From Nitrospirales bacterium (GTDB lineage: Bacteria; Nitrospirota; Nitrospiria; Nitrospirales; UBA8639), in assembly GCA_963555755.3 (NCBI GenBank), contig OY820905.2, forward strand, positions 3,648,001 to 3,712,000: 64,000 nt of DNA, in the 5' to 3' direction. Each line of letters begins with the position of its first letter. Position 1 is the first letter of the stretch. The notes under the pieces are model-generated. The model had not been told where the DNA came from and ran no database searches. It saw only the letters and a list, made by a program, of their open reading frames with translations. The translations under genes were made by a program, and so were the position numbers. Positions 19,256 through 29,227 of the stretch are shown here, piece after piece.

Positions 19256-20923
19256 ATGAAAACGATAACCATTCATTCATCAGTGTATCAGGCTCGATTC
19301 CTGGCCAGGGTTCAAACGGATTGGGTAAAGGATTGGTCGGTCCTTTCCTGGGTCGGACGGGGGACGGAGTTGCGGCTGGATTCTTGCAGGCGAGTTCTCT
19401 TTGTGTCGCTTTTCTGGGGCATGGTTCTCATGGCCTGTGTCTTTTCTGTTGGATGTGCCACGGTGCAAGAATCAGAGACCCCCGTTGATGAATCACAAAA
19501 TCCTATCAAATCTTTGTCGGCACCGAGCTCTACTCTTCCTTCTTCCTTAGAGCCTGAACCTCCTGTTCCTCCCCAGCCATCTCCTTTTACCCTTGAAGAA
19601 CGGATGTCGTTTGGCAATTCTTTGGAAGAGAATGATGCAGAAAAAGAACCAGAGCAACGCTATAGTTTTCGGGCGCAAGAGATGTTGTTGGCTGATGCCC
19701 TTCGGCTGTTTGCTCGAGCGAATTCCCTCAATATCGTAGTGGGGCCTGAAATTAAAGGATCGGTGACCGTCGACTTTCAAGGCCTGTCGCTCAGAAAAGC
19801 TATGGTCGCGCTGCTGGATGTACATGGTTTCTACTGGGTAAAGGAAGGCGAACTGATGATCGTTCGTCGGTTGGAAACCCGAACATTCACTATTGATTAT
19901 ATCCGTTTGGTGCGTAGTGGAATTGGTCGAAGCGTAGCGAAATCGACATCTGGATCATCCTCGGGTAGTTCCTCGGGGGGCGGCGAAGGGACTGTACAAG
20001 TTGGCCAAGAGGACAGCGTCAAATTTTGGGAAGAATTGGAACAACAATTGAAAACCATGATTTCTGAGGAAGGCCGCTTCGTGGTGAATCGCCTGTCAGG
20101 CACAATTCAGGTGACGGATCTTCACCGGCGGGTTGAAGAGATTGCGGAATTCTTAAGTCTCCTTCGTCGGTCTTTATACAGGCAAGTTGAGATCGAAGCT
20201 CGAATTTATGAGGTGGCATTAAATGATGATTACAGCCTTGGCATTGATTGGAGTCGGATCGATCTCGGTACAGTGGATGGCACAACTGGCAGCCTGGCGT
20301 TAGAAAATATTATTGGCATCCCGGCTGGGGGTTTTACCGCTAAGGCGGTGTCTACCACGCTCAGTTTCGTCGGAGGAAGTTTTGAGGCAATGCTCACAGC
20401 GTTGCATGAACAAGGGGAGGTCAGGGTTATTTCCCAACCTCGTTTATTAACAATGAATAATCAGCCGGCTCTCATCAAGGTGACTACGGATGAATCGTTC
20501 TTTACTCAAACTGTTTCACAGGGATCTGGTGGAACAGGCAACGTGATCTCTGAGCAGGTTCAGAGTGTGTCGGTTGGGCTGATATTGTCCATTACACCAC
20601 AAATCTCGGAAGACGGCTGGATCATGTTGGATGTGACGCCGATTATTACCCGGCTGAGTGAAATCGTCGAATCACCACTGAAGACAGCCACAGCACCCGT
20701 TGTTGAGGTCAAACAAATCTCTGCATTGGTGAGGCTTCGGGATAGGGAAATGGTGGTGCTTGGCGGATTGATACAGGACCGCGTCTCCCACACAGAGAGA
20801 AAAGTGCCTATACTGGGTGATCTTCCGTGGTTGGGTCGGATATTTAAAGGGACGTATGATGTGAAGGAAAAAACCGAGTTGGTGATTTTTCTGTCGCCCC
20901 GTATCGTTGGCGTGGACTCATAA
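19256..20923 (+). CDS. MshL-like lipoprotein secretin (true start probably downstream)
   Basis: Lipobox FSVGC; ETRTFTIDYI, Ser/Gly loop, QVEIEARIYEV, KVPILGDLPWLGRIFK, TELVIFLSP. Confidence 0.9.
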   Translation: MKTITIHSSVYQARFLARVQTDWVKDWSVLSWVGRGTELRLDSCRRVLFVSLFWGMVLMACVFSVGCATVQESETPVDESQNPIKSLSAPSSTLPSSLEPEPPVPPQPSPFTLEERMSFGNSLEENDAEKEPEQRYSFRAQEMLLADALRLFARANSLNIVVGPEIKGSVTVDFQGLSLRKAMVALLDVHGFYWVKEGELMIVRRLETRTFTIDYIRLVRSGIGRSVAKSTSGSSSGSSSGGGEGTVQVGQEDSVKFWEELEQQLKTMISEEGRFVVNRLSGTIQVTDLHRRVEEIAEFLSLLRRSLYRQVEIEARIYEVALNDDYSLGIDWSRIDLGTVDGTTGSLALENIIGIPAGGFTAKAVSTTLSFVGGSFEAMLTALHEQGEVRVISQPRLLTMNNQPALIKVTTDESFFTQTVSQGSGGTGNVISEQVQSVSVGLILSITPQISEDGWIMLDVTPIITRLSEIVESPLKTATAPVVEVKQISALVRLRDREMVVLGGLIQDRVSHTERKVPILGDLPWLGRIFKGTYDVKEKTELVIFLSPRIVGVDS

Positions 20924-21750
20924 TGGTCACTGACCTTCAGGAATGTTACCAACCATTGGGTTTTACGGAGCCTCCTTTTCGGATTACTCCAGATACGGAT
21001 TTCTTTTTCCCAGGAGACCGTCACCTTCAAGCCTTAGACCATTTGCGATTTGGGGTGGCGAGCGGTGGATTAACACTCCTGACTGGTGAGGTCGGGACTG
21101 GCAAAACGTTACTCTGTCGCTATTTCCTTCGGCACCCTCCGAAGGGCATTCGGTTCGCCTATCTCCTGAATCCTGATCAATCCTATGTTGACCTACTGAC
21201 CTCTATTTATGAAGATCTGACGGGTCTCATGCCAGAGGATCGAACGATTGGGGCTCTCCAACGTACGTTACACAAGTTGCTCCTTCAGTTGGCGGATGAG
21301 GGAGAGCGGGTCGCCGTGGTGGTTGATGAAGCACATCGGTTGAGTGGAAAGGTGTTGGAAGGCCTGAGACTCTTATCAAATTTGGATACAGAAAAAGAGA
21401 AACTCATGTGTTTGTTGTTCGTAGGCCAGCCTGAATTAGAGCAGACTCTTTCCAGTCGTGCCCTTCGTCCGCTGTCTCAACGAATTAGCAACCGATTTCG
21501 GTTGACACCCTTTAATTGCCGAGAAACCACGAGGTATATTCAACACCGTCTTCGGATTGCAGGGCGTCATTCCAGGTTTCAATTTCCCAAACGTGTCATG
21601 GTGTTAGTCCATTTTATGAGTGGAGGGGTGCCTCGGCGTATCAATCAAATATGTGAACGTGGCCTTCTTGCGGCGTATTCCCAAAAGAAGACTAAACTGG
21701 GTGTTCGGATGATATTGCGGGCCAGGCGTGAAATTCTTGGGCTGGCGTAA
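20923..21750 (+). CDS. ExeA/MshM-like AAA ATPase
   Basis: PFRITPD, GEVGTGKT, VVDEAH, GQPEL, GVPRRIN. Confidence 0.9.
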   Translation: MVTDLQECYQPLGFTEPPFRITPDTDFFFPGDRHLQALDHLRFGVASGGLTLLTGEVGTGKTLLCRYFLRHPPKGIRFAYLLNPDQSYVDLLTSIYEDLTGLMPEDRTIGALQRTLHKLLLQLADEGERVAVVVDEAHRLSGKVLEGLRLLSNLDTEKEKLMCLLFVGQPELEQTLSSRALRPLSQRISNRFRLTPFNCRETTRYIQHRLRIAGRHSRFQFPKRVMVLVHFMSGGVPRRINQICERGLLAAYSQKKTKLGVRMILRARREILGLA

Positions 21751-21759
21751 GCCGGAATC

Positions 21760-21843
21760 CGTGGCTCGTCGCTCGTGAAAAAACGAAATTGGAGCAACGT
21801 GCAACAAGCGACGAGCGACCGTTTTTCTTCACGAAATACGAAC
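21760..21843. repeat. Heptamer-repeat hairpin (tcgt/acga type)
   Basis: ctcgtcgctcgtg ... cgacgagcgac ... acgaaatacga; related to 23045 and 32973. Confidence 0.55.
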
Positions 21844-21844
21844 T

Positions 21845-23026
21845 ATGAGCATTGTCACTGATACGCTTAATCGTCTTCAGATTGAGCGGTCAAGGCTAAC
21901 CAGTCAACCAGAGTCTGCGTCCTCCTTACCTGAGGAATTGTCAGAGTCTGCACCCCCTTCCCCTGAGGAACCTTCACTATTTTCTCCTCCAAAGGAAAAC
22001 CATCTTGCCCCGCAGGCATCCTCTTCAATGTTGAGAAAAGGCATTCGTCTTGTAGCGATTCTCGCCGTACTTGGGGGGATAGGTCTGGGCGCCTATGTCT
22101 GGGGCCTCAGTCTCGTTCCAGAAGTCGTACCGTTCAGCTCGCCCTCAGAGCCAATTGTCGAATCAACTGAATTAGGTTTTCAGCCCGCTGAATTGGCGAG
22201 TGTCGTTCCCGCGGAGGCGACGACCTCAAAGGAAGATCTTGTTGAGGAGCTAGCGACTCAGAGCGTGACGGCTCCGACTTTGGCTGAATCAGGACAGCCT
22301 GCTATTGAAGCCACCCCATCGGTATCAAAGAAAGAAAAACCTAAGTTGGAGCCCCTCTCCACGGCGAAGCCAGTTCCTTCTTCATCAGACAGTCGACAGG
22401 CTCGTTTGAGTTCTCCCTCAGAGAATGGCGTGGCCCCGACCATATCTCAGCCTCCCCCCTCGAGGCGAAGTGCGGGAACAGATGGGAGCCTAGAGACAGA
22501 CAAAGGATCAAAGAGAGCCCAATCCCCAGTCACGGTGCCTCCATCGGCCACCTCGTCGGCAGCCAAGTTAGTACGTGCCCAATACTTGATTAAAAAGCGG
22601 CAATATGGCCAAGCGGTCACGATGCTCCAACCTCTGTTTGTGAAGCCCCCTGATCGTTGGGAACCCTGGTTTTGGCTTGGAACCGCACAGTTAGGATTAG
22701 GACAGTTGGAGGAAGCCGAGGAGTCTTTTGTAGAAGGATTAGCGCGAGATGCCACGGTGCCTCAGTTGTGGGTGCAACGCGCACTTGTAAGTCAACAACA
22801 AGGAAAATTTGGAGAAGCCCTGGAGGCACTTCGTCAGGCCGAACTGATTGCTCCTCAACTGCCGGAAGTCCAACTGAATCTCGCCTACTCCCTCGAAGTT
22901 CAAGGCCACATCGAACCTGCCGTGGACCATTATCACACCTTCTTAGCCCTGACCGAAGGAAACCCTGCCTACTACCCCGCCAGAAGAAAAGTCCTGGAAC
23001 GAGTCATTCGGCTGGAAAAAACCTAG
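21845..23026 (+). CDS. MshN-like TPR protein
   Basis: MSIVTDTLNRL start, one TM, Pro/Ser linker, C-terminal TPRs. Confidence 0.8.
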   Translation: MSIVTDTLNRLQIERSRLTSQPESASSLPEELSESAPPSPEEPSLFSPPKENHLAPQASSSMLRKGIRLVAILAVLGGIGLGAYVWGLSLVPEVVPFSSPSEPIVESTELGFQPAELASVVPAEATTSKEDLVEELATQSVTAPTLAESGQPAIEATPSVSKKEKPKLEPLSTAKPVPSSSDSRQARLSSPSENGVAPTISQPPPSRRSAGTDGSLETDKGSKRAQSPVTVPPSATSSAAKLVRAQYLIKKRQYGQAVTMLQPLFVKPPDRWEPWFWLGTAQLGLGQLEEAEESFVEGLARDATVPQLWVQRALVSQQQGKFGEALEALRQAELIAPQLPEVQLNLAYSLEVQGHIEPAVDHYHTFLALTEGNPAYYPARRKVLERVIRLEKT

Positions 23027-23044
23027 CCCGTCGCTGATGACAAG

Positions 23045-23143
23045 ACCGTCGTTGGTATCTCGCATCTCGTATTTCGTGAAGAAAAAACATTCGCCTTTCG
23101 TTCTTGGACGAAATACGAACGACGGTCTTGTCTACGAGCGACG
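23045..23143. repeat. Heptamer-repeat hairpin, probable bidirectional terminator
   Basis: acaagaccgtcgtt/aacgacggtcttgt inverted repeat between convergent genes. Confidence 0.6.
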
Positions 23144-23171
23144 GATCAAATCTCCAACTCCACATTCGTGA

Positions 23172-23582
23172 TTACAGACGTGGTGTGTTCCACCATTCCC
23201 TGATCCATCCTACAAGCTGTGTGAAGGGATTCTCTGGTTCGGGGTCAGAGTGTTCTTTCCAGAGTTCTTGAGTGCCGAGATACGTGTCACCACGAAAATG
23301 GAGGCGGCTTCGAAGTTGGGTGTAGCCTTTTTTGTGAAGTTGAGCTATGAGATTGAGCAAGGCCTCGGCTTCAGTTACTTGAGAGTCGGCAGACAGGAGG
23401 AGTTTTTCGTACCGAAAAGTAGCTTGATAATGACCTTCGAGGTGGTTCATCTCAACCTGTCGATTGAATCCACGTTCTCGATCATCCAGGCCAGCTATTT
23501 CGTATGTGTTTGTTGAAGGCGGAAGACTCATGAGGTTGGTGTTACTCTTCAGATTGAAAGATGTGATCTTAACATGAGGCAA
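23172..23582 (-). CDS. Hypothetical protein
   Basis: Plausible globular ORF filling the gap; start uncertain. Confidence 0.65.
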   Translation of the reverse strand: MPHVKITSFNLKSNTNLMSLPPSTNTYEIAGLDDRERGFNRQVEMNHLEGHYQATFRYEKLLLSADSQVTEAEALLNLIAQLHKKGYTQLRSRLHFRGDTYLGTQELWKEHSDPEPENPFTQLVGWIREWWNTPRL

Positions 23583-23670
23583 AGCATCCTTTCGAATTTG
23601 TGATAAACTGAGTGAACCAATAAATACCTTAGGAAAGTTTTTGAACCTTCTGCTTCATTCCAATTAAACA

Positions 23671-25341
23671 ATGTCACTCATTCACGGCCTTCATTTCAAC
23701 AACATTCGTGGAGATATCTACGGCGGTGTGGTCGCGGCCGTCGTGGCCTTGCCACTGGCCTTGGCCTTTGGGGTTGCTTCTGGAGCTGGCGCCATTGCTG
23801 GGCTGTATGGAGCCATCTTTTTAGGGTTTTTTGCTGCTGTATTCGGAGGAACTCCTGCGCAAGCCTCAGGGCCTACCGGCCCCATGGTCGTTGTGGTGGC
23901 AGGGCTCTTCTCGCAATTCAGTGAAGAGCCGGCATTGGTGTTTACGATTGTCATGTTGGGCGGGGGACTTCAGGTTCTGTTGGGTGTGTCGGGAGTGGGG
24001 CGGTTTATCGCGTTGGTTCCTTACCCGGTGATTTCAGGATTCATGAGTGGGATTGGCGGGATTATTCTTATCCTACAGGTAGGACCCCTTGTGGGGCATG
24101 CTGCCATGACCGGTGGAGTGTTGGCGAATTTGACTGCGATTCCTGAATTCTTCAGCGCTCCCAATGTTCAAGCCCTGATGGCCGGATTGATCACCCTCGC
24201 CATCGTGTATTTCACCCCGCCTGTCATTGGAAAAATTGTGCCCCCTTCATTATTAGCGCTCATTGTTGGTTCTCTTGCGACCTTTTATGTGTTCCCCACT
24301 GCACCACTGATTGGAGAGGTGCCTGGAGGATTTCCTATTCCTATTGTCCCCACACTCCATATGGATGGCCTGGTATTGGTGATTGAGAGTGCGATGGTGT
24401 TGGCGCTACTCGGAAGCATCGATAGCCTCCTCACTTCCATGGTCGCGGACAATATGACCCGGACCCATCATGATTCTAATCGAGAATTAATCGGTCAAGG
24501 GATTGGCAATATGGTGGCCGGCCTGTTCGGTGGGTTGCCGGGAGCAGGGGCCACGATGAGGACCGTGGCCAATATTCGAACCGGAGGCCGAACACCAATT
24601 TCCGGTGTGTGTATGGCCATGGTGTTATTGGGTGTGTTGTTGGGACTTGGTCCCCTGGCTGAACAGATTCCTTTAGCGGTATTGGCAGCACTGTTGTTCA
24701 AAGTTGGGATTGACATCATCGATTGGCGATTCTTGCGTCATGTGTTTCAGGCTCCGCGGGCGGATGTCGTGATTATGACTGTGGTGTTTCTCATGACGGT
24801 GTTGGTGGATCTAATCACGGCGGTGGGTGTGGGTGTTGTGATGGCGAGTCTGTTATTTGTGAAAGAAATGGCTGATTTGGAATTGGCCAACTTGCGAGTG
24901 ATTTCTGGAACGTCCGAAGAGGTTCCACTGTCGAGTGCCGAACAATCGGTCCTGGATCGAAACAAGGGAAAGATTGTGCTCATTCATGTGGATGGCCCCA
25001 TGAGTTTTGGATCGGCAAAAAATATGGTGCGGCGATTGGAACGGATTCCAGAACTACGCACGTTTAAAAGCGTGGTCTTGGATTTGTCCGATGTCCCGGT
25101 GATTGATGGCACAGCCGCTTTGGCGATTGAAGATATGTTGCGAATGATCAAGTTCAACAAGCAGCACTTGTTCTTTTCCGGCATGCAGCCGAAAGTCGCC
25201 AAGATTCTAGAGGGACTTGGCGTACTCAAAATAATTCGGCCCGGGCATCGATATGCGTTACGACTTGATGCGTTACAACATGCGGCCTATGAAGCCGGTT
25301 CGACCCATCCTGATGATCTATCCAGGGATAGGAACAGGTGA
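23671..25341 (+). CDS. SulP/SLC26 anion transporter with STAS domain (BicA-like)
   Basis: GDIYGGVVAAVVALPLALAFG, SGPTGPM, GAGATMRT; STAS GPMSFG. Confidence 0.92.
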   Translation: MSLIHGLHFNNIRGDIYGGVVAAVVALPLALAFGVASGAGAIAGLYGAIFLGFFAAVFGGTPAQASGPTGPMVVVVAGLFSQFSEEPALVFTIVMLGGGLQVLLGVSGVGRFIALVPYPVISGFMSGIGGIILILQVGPLVGHAAMTGGVLANLTAIPEFFSAPNVQALMAGLITLAIVYFTPPVIGKIVPPSLLALIVGSLATFYVFPTAPLIGEVPGGFPIPIVPTLHMDGLVLVIESAMVLALLGSIDSLLTSMVADNMTRTHHDSNRELIGQGIGNMVAGLFGGLPGAGATMRTVANIRTGGRTPISGVCMAMVLLGVLLGLGPLAEQIPLAVLAALLFKVGIDIIDWRFLRHVFQAPRADVVIMTVVFLMTVLVDLITAVGVGVVMASLLFVKEMADLELANLRVISGTSEEVPLSSAEQSVLDRNKGKIVLIHVDGPMSFGSAKNMVRRLERIPELRTFKSVVLDLSDVPVIDGTAALAIEDMLRMIKFNKQHLFFSGMQPKVAKILEGLGVLKIIRPGHRYALRLDALQHAAYEAGSTHPDDLSRDRNR

Positions 25342-25467
25342 TCAGGTTCCTCTGGGTCTGTGCTTGTGGGTTTTGCCAAATTGCGCACACCGATGACGAA
25401 ACCCCCTTTCCCATTGCTTTTGGTCATTTCCTTGTACACGGACGCATGGTTGTGTTGAGGAGTCATT

Positions 25468-26952
25468 TTGGTCTTTGCTATGGTCTGGACCGCAATACTT
25501 AATTGGGAGGCGGCATTGATTAATTCTAGGTTTTACAACATATTTTCTCTGGGAACAGTGGCCCTTCTTTTGGGCTGGCCCGACCTGCTGTGGGCTTCCG
25601 AAAGTTCTGCCCCCCAACTTGATCTCACCAATTCCGCTGTCGGGTATTTTGCTTTAGCCATATTTGTGGCGGCCTATGCGTTGGTGATGGCCGAAGAATT
25701 TACCCACCTACGCAAATCCAAACCCGTAGTTTTAGCAGCGGGGATTATTTGGGTGCTCGTGAGTCTGGCTTATCCCGGAAGCGACCCACATGCGGTCGAA
25801 CAAGCCATCCGCCATAATATTCTGGACTACGCCGAGTTGATGCTCTTCCTCCTGGTGGCAATGACGTACATCAATGCCATGGAGGAGAGGCTGGTGTTTG
25901 AGAGTCTGCGATCCTGGTTGGTGCGGAAAGGCTTTACCTATCGGCAGCTGTTTTGGATTACCGGCATTCTGGCCTTCTTTATTTCGCCAGTGGCAGACAA
26001 TCTGACGACGGCCTTACTCATGTGTGCGGTGGTCCTCGCGGTCGGGTCAGACAATCCTCGGTTCGTCAGTTTGGCCTGTATTAATATTGTAGTGGCAGCC
26101 AATGCCGGAGGGGCGTTTAGTCCGTTTGGCGACATTACGACCTTGATGGTCTGGCAAAAAGGAATCGTGGAATTTTCCACGTTTTTCTTGTTGTTTGTGC
26201 CCTCGGTCGTCAATTTCCTGGTCCCCGCGGGGATTATGCACTTTGCCGTGCCCCAGGTATCGCCTGCGCCTTCGGATGAAGTGGTGGAAATGAAACGTGG
26301 AGCGCATGTCATCATGTTGCTGTTTCTCTGCACCATTTGTACGGCCGTGAGCTTTCATAACTTTCTGCATCTCCCGCCGATGGTCGGCATGATGACTGGC
26401 TTATCCTATCTTCAATTTTTCGGGTATTACCTCAAGAAGACGCATAACCAGTATGCCGAACCTGGAACGTGGAGTGAGGAAAAAGCCCAAGAACGAATCG
26501 GCGATGTGGTCCCGTTCAATATTTTTCACAATATTTCCCGAGCGGAATGGGACACCTTACTCTTTTTCTATGGCGTGGTTCTTTGTGTTGGGGGGCTTGG
26601 GTTTTTAGGATATCTGGCGGTCGCGTCTCAAGTCATGTACATCCAATGGGGCCCCACCTTGGCGAATACGATGGTTGGGATTCTTTCCGCGATTGTGGAT
26701 AACATACCCGTGATGTTTGCGGTGCTGACCATGAATCCGGATATGTCTTTGGGTCAATGGTTGTTGGTGACGTTAACCGCGGGTGTGGGGGGGAGCATGT
26801 TGTCAATCGGATCTGCCGCAGGAGTGGCACTCATGGGACAAGCCCGAGGCATGTACACCTTCTTCAGTCATCTCAAATGGACTCCAGTCATAGCCCTGGG
26901 CTACGTCGCCAGCATCCTAGTCCATTTGTGGATCAACGCCAGTTACTTTTGA
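25468..26952 (+). CDS. nhaD: NhaD Na+/H+ antiporter
   Basis: EEFTHLRKSKP, SPVADNLTT, AANAGGAFSPFGDITT, SAIVDNIP, GSAAGVALMG. Confidence 0.92.
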   Translation: MVFAMVWTAILNWEAALINSRFYNIFSLGTVALLLGWPDLLWASESSAPQLDLTNSAVGYFALAIFVAAYALVMAEEFTHLRKSKPVVLAAGIIWVLVSLAYPGSDPHAVEQAIRHNILDYAELMLFLLVAMTYINAMEERLVFESLRSWLVRKGFTYRQLFWITGILAFFISPVADNLTTALLMCAVVLAVGSDNPRFVSLACINIVVAANAGGAFSPFGDITTLMVWQKGIVEFSTFFLLFVPSVVNFLVPAGIMHFAVPQVSPAPSDEVVEMKRGAHVIMLLFLCTICTAVSFHNFLHLPPMVGMMTGLSYLQFFGYYLKKTHNQYAEPGTWSEEKAQERIGDVVPFNIFHNISRAEWDTLLFFYGVVLCVGGLGFLGYLAVASQVMYIQWGPTLANTMVGILSAIVDNIPVMFAVLTMNPDMSLGQWLLVTLTAGVGGSMLSIGSAAGVALMGQARGMYTFFSHLKWTPVIALGYVASILVHLWINASYF

Positions 26953-27006
26953 TCCACCGCCCCAGCCCTAACATGGTCATTTCTAAAAGGGTCCTTTACT
27001 TTAATG

Positions 27007-27076
27007 GGGGTCAGACTCGATTTAATAATGAAGCGTGACTGGTCGAGCGTGTGGGGGTATTAAATCGAGTCTGACC
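27007..27076. repeat. REP-like inverted repeat interrupted by the group II intron
   Basis: ggggtcagactcgatttaata (27007-27027) pairs with tattaaatcgagtctgacc|cc (27058-27076 plus 29049-29050). Confidence 0.8.
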
Positions 27077-29048
27077 GTTCGCAGTAACAGCAGTATGTCT
27101 AGCGGGTTAAAGTCCCGTCCAAGGAATTGTCCGTACACCTTGGTAGCATGAGGAAGCGGCGTCGTGGTAACGCGGGGTCGTCAGTTTCCCCACAGCAAAA
27201 GAGCAGGCCGTAACGCAAGTGAACCGATGAGTAGCCTCGTAAACGAAGTGGAGACGCCGACCCTGTGGTCAGAAGGGGAAGGCCGGTGGAAGGGTGCTGG
27301 AATAACGGAAGTGGCATCCCTCGACTCCCGGGGTAGCAAGGATGGCATGTTCTGGAAGACATATAGCCCAGTGCTGGAGACCCGTTGTGGGGGTGGGGAG
27401 GCCACCGACCAATGTGTATAAGGCAACGAAATCACAGCGGCCCGGAACGGGAGTCGGAGGGGTTCATAGTACCGCGTGAGGCCGAGGGACAACACAACCC
27501 CGGTCGAGGGAAGGAACCCTACTTTGTTCAGGCAACCGAAGAGCGGAGGATCAGGGGATTGCCATGGCGCTAACCACCCCGGAGACGATCAGGACGCTAC
27601 AGAGGAAGCTGTATGCCAAGGCCAAGCAAGAACCGGCCTATCGCTTTTACGCCCTCTACGACAAGATCAGCCAGGAGGATATCCTCAATCATGCCTGGCG
27701 GCTTGTTCGAGCCAATCGAGGCAGCCCCGGGAGTGATGGGCTCAGCTTCGAGGCCATAGAGAGTGGAATCGGGGTAGACACGTTTCTGCGGGAATTGCCC
27801 CGTGATCTGCAAGCCAAGACCTACCGAGCCCAACCGGTGCGACGCGTCATGAGACTTAAAGCGGACGGCAGTTTCCGTCCGTTGGGGATCCCGACGATCC
27901 GAGACCGGGTGACGCAAATGGCCGTGAAACTCATCATCGAGCCGATCTTTGAAGCCGACTTCTGTACGAATTCGTACGGATTCCGGCCCAAGCGATCGGC
28001 CCATGATGCGGTGGACGACATTGCCAAGACGCTCTGGGCCGGCTACACCCAAGTCATCGACGCCGACCTGTCGAAGTACTTTGACAGTATCCCGCATGCC
28101 AAACTCCTGGCCGTGGTTGCCGAGCGCATTGTGGATGGGGGCATCCTGCGCCTCATCAAGCAATGGCTCAAAGCCCCGGTTATTGGCGACGACGCGGACG
28201 GCACCCGGAAAAGTGTAGGCGGCGGGAAAGCCAACCGCACGGGGACTCCGCAAGGCGGAGTGATTTCCCCGCTGCTGGCTAACTGCTACCTGCACATTCT
28301 GGATCGAACCTGGCAACGGCGACACTGCAAAGATAAATTGCACGCGCACTTGGTGCGCTACGCAGATGACTTTGTCGTGATGTGTCGAAAAGATGTAGAG
28401 GAACCGCTGAAGGTGGTGCGCCACGTACTGGACCGACTGGGCCTGAGTCTCAACGAGGCCAAGACCCACATTGTGGATACGACCAAAGCGAGTTTCACCT
28501 TCCTGGGTTTTACGCTGCAGATGAGTCGAGGGGCAAAGACTGGAAAGCCGTACCCGAATGTTCGACCGGCAGACACCTCGCTGAAGCAGATCAAAGCGAG
28601 ACTGACCGACCTGACACAGCGGGACCTGACCGCCATTGCCTTGAGCGACCTCGTGGGAACGGTCAACCGCAGCCTCCGCGGCTGGGTGAACTACTTCCAC
28701 TATCGGAACTCAAGTCTGGCAATGAGCAAGGTCAGAAACCATGCGGAGGACCGGTTACGAACCCATTTGATGAAACGCCACAAGATCAAGGACAGAGGCA
28801 CCGGCTTACGCCGGTTCCCGCAGGCCGATCTGTATGAGCGTTACGGGCTATACAAGGTTCCTACAGTAGCGGGCTGGCGCTCGGCGCATGCCTTGGCATG
28901 AAGAACATCGGAAAGCCGTGTGCGGGAAAACCGCATGCACGGTTTGATGAGGGGGCGCTGGTAATTGCTGACTGCTATGGTCCGTGGTAGACGCGTGCGT
29001 CGAAGCGTTCGAGAGCAGCTCCATGTATGCACCAGTGCTCTACTCTAC
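27077..29048 (+). mobile_element. Full-length group II intron
   Basis: 5' end GTTCG; EBS1 ggtcag (27267-27272) complementary to IBS1 ctgacc; D5 aAGCcgtgtgcgg-gaaa-accgcatgcacggttt; 3' end ...ctactctAC. Confidence 0.9.
27564..28901 (+). CDS. ltrA: Group II intron reverse transcriptase/maturase, no endonuclease domain
   Basis: RPLGIPTIRDR, SYGFRP, DADLSKYFD, GTPQGGVISPLLAN, RYADD, LRGWVNYF. Confidence 0.95.
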   Translation: MALTTPETIRTLQRKLYAKAKQEPAYRFYALYDKISQEDILNHAWRLVRANRGSPGSDGLSFEAIESGIGVDTFLRELPRDLQAKTYRAQPVRRVMRLKADGSFRPLGIPTIRDRVTQMAVKLIIEPIFEADFCTNSYGFRPKRSAHDAVDDIAKTLWAGYTQVIDADLSKYFDSIPHAKLLAVVAERIVDGGILRLIKQWLKAPVIGDDADGTRKSVGGGKANRTGTPQGGVISPLLANCYLHILDRTWQRRHCKDKLHAHLVRYADDFVVMCRKDVEEPLKVVRHVLDRLGLSLNEAKTHIVDTTKASFTFLGFTLQMSRGAKTGKPYPNVRPADTSLKQIKARLTDLTQRDLTAIALSDLVGTVNRSLRGWVNYFHYRNSSLAMSKVRNHAEDRLRTHLMKRHKIKDRGTGLRRFPQADLYERYGLYKVPTVAGWRSAHALA

Positions 29049-29191
29049 CCTTTTTAAATGCCTCTTTTAGACTGTTAGATCCCTTTTAGAGGCTGGGGTG
29101 GCCGTGTAAGTTTTCTGTTCCTGCGTTGGTTTGTCTGCTTGCGCGAAGCCAGTGTTCAATCCTGTTGCTTTGATGCAGAATTTTTCTCCTG

Positions 29192-29220
29192 TTGACTTAC
29201 CCACTTCCCATCCTTAGGCT
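29192..29220 (+). promoter_or_regulatory. Putative sigma70 promoter for pgsA-pilB
   Basis: TTGACT-N17-TAGGCT. Confidence 0.5.
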
Positions 29221-29227
29221 TGAGCTG

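Noticed and set aside
27597..28700. 367-aa ORF antisense to the intron RT
   Set aside because: Shadow frame of a GC-rich gene with no recognisable motifs
27564..28901. RT as a retron, DGR or CRISPR-associated RT
   Set aside because: Maturase domain, D5/D6 and EBS1-IBS1 pairing identify a group II intron; no template/variable repeat pair seen in the pilins
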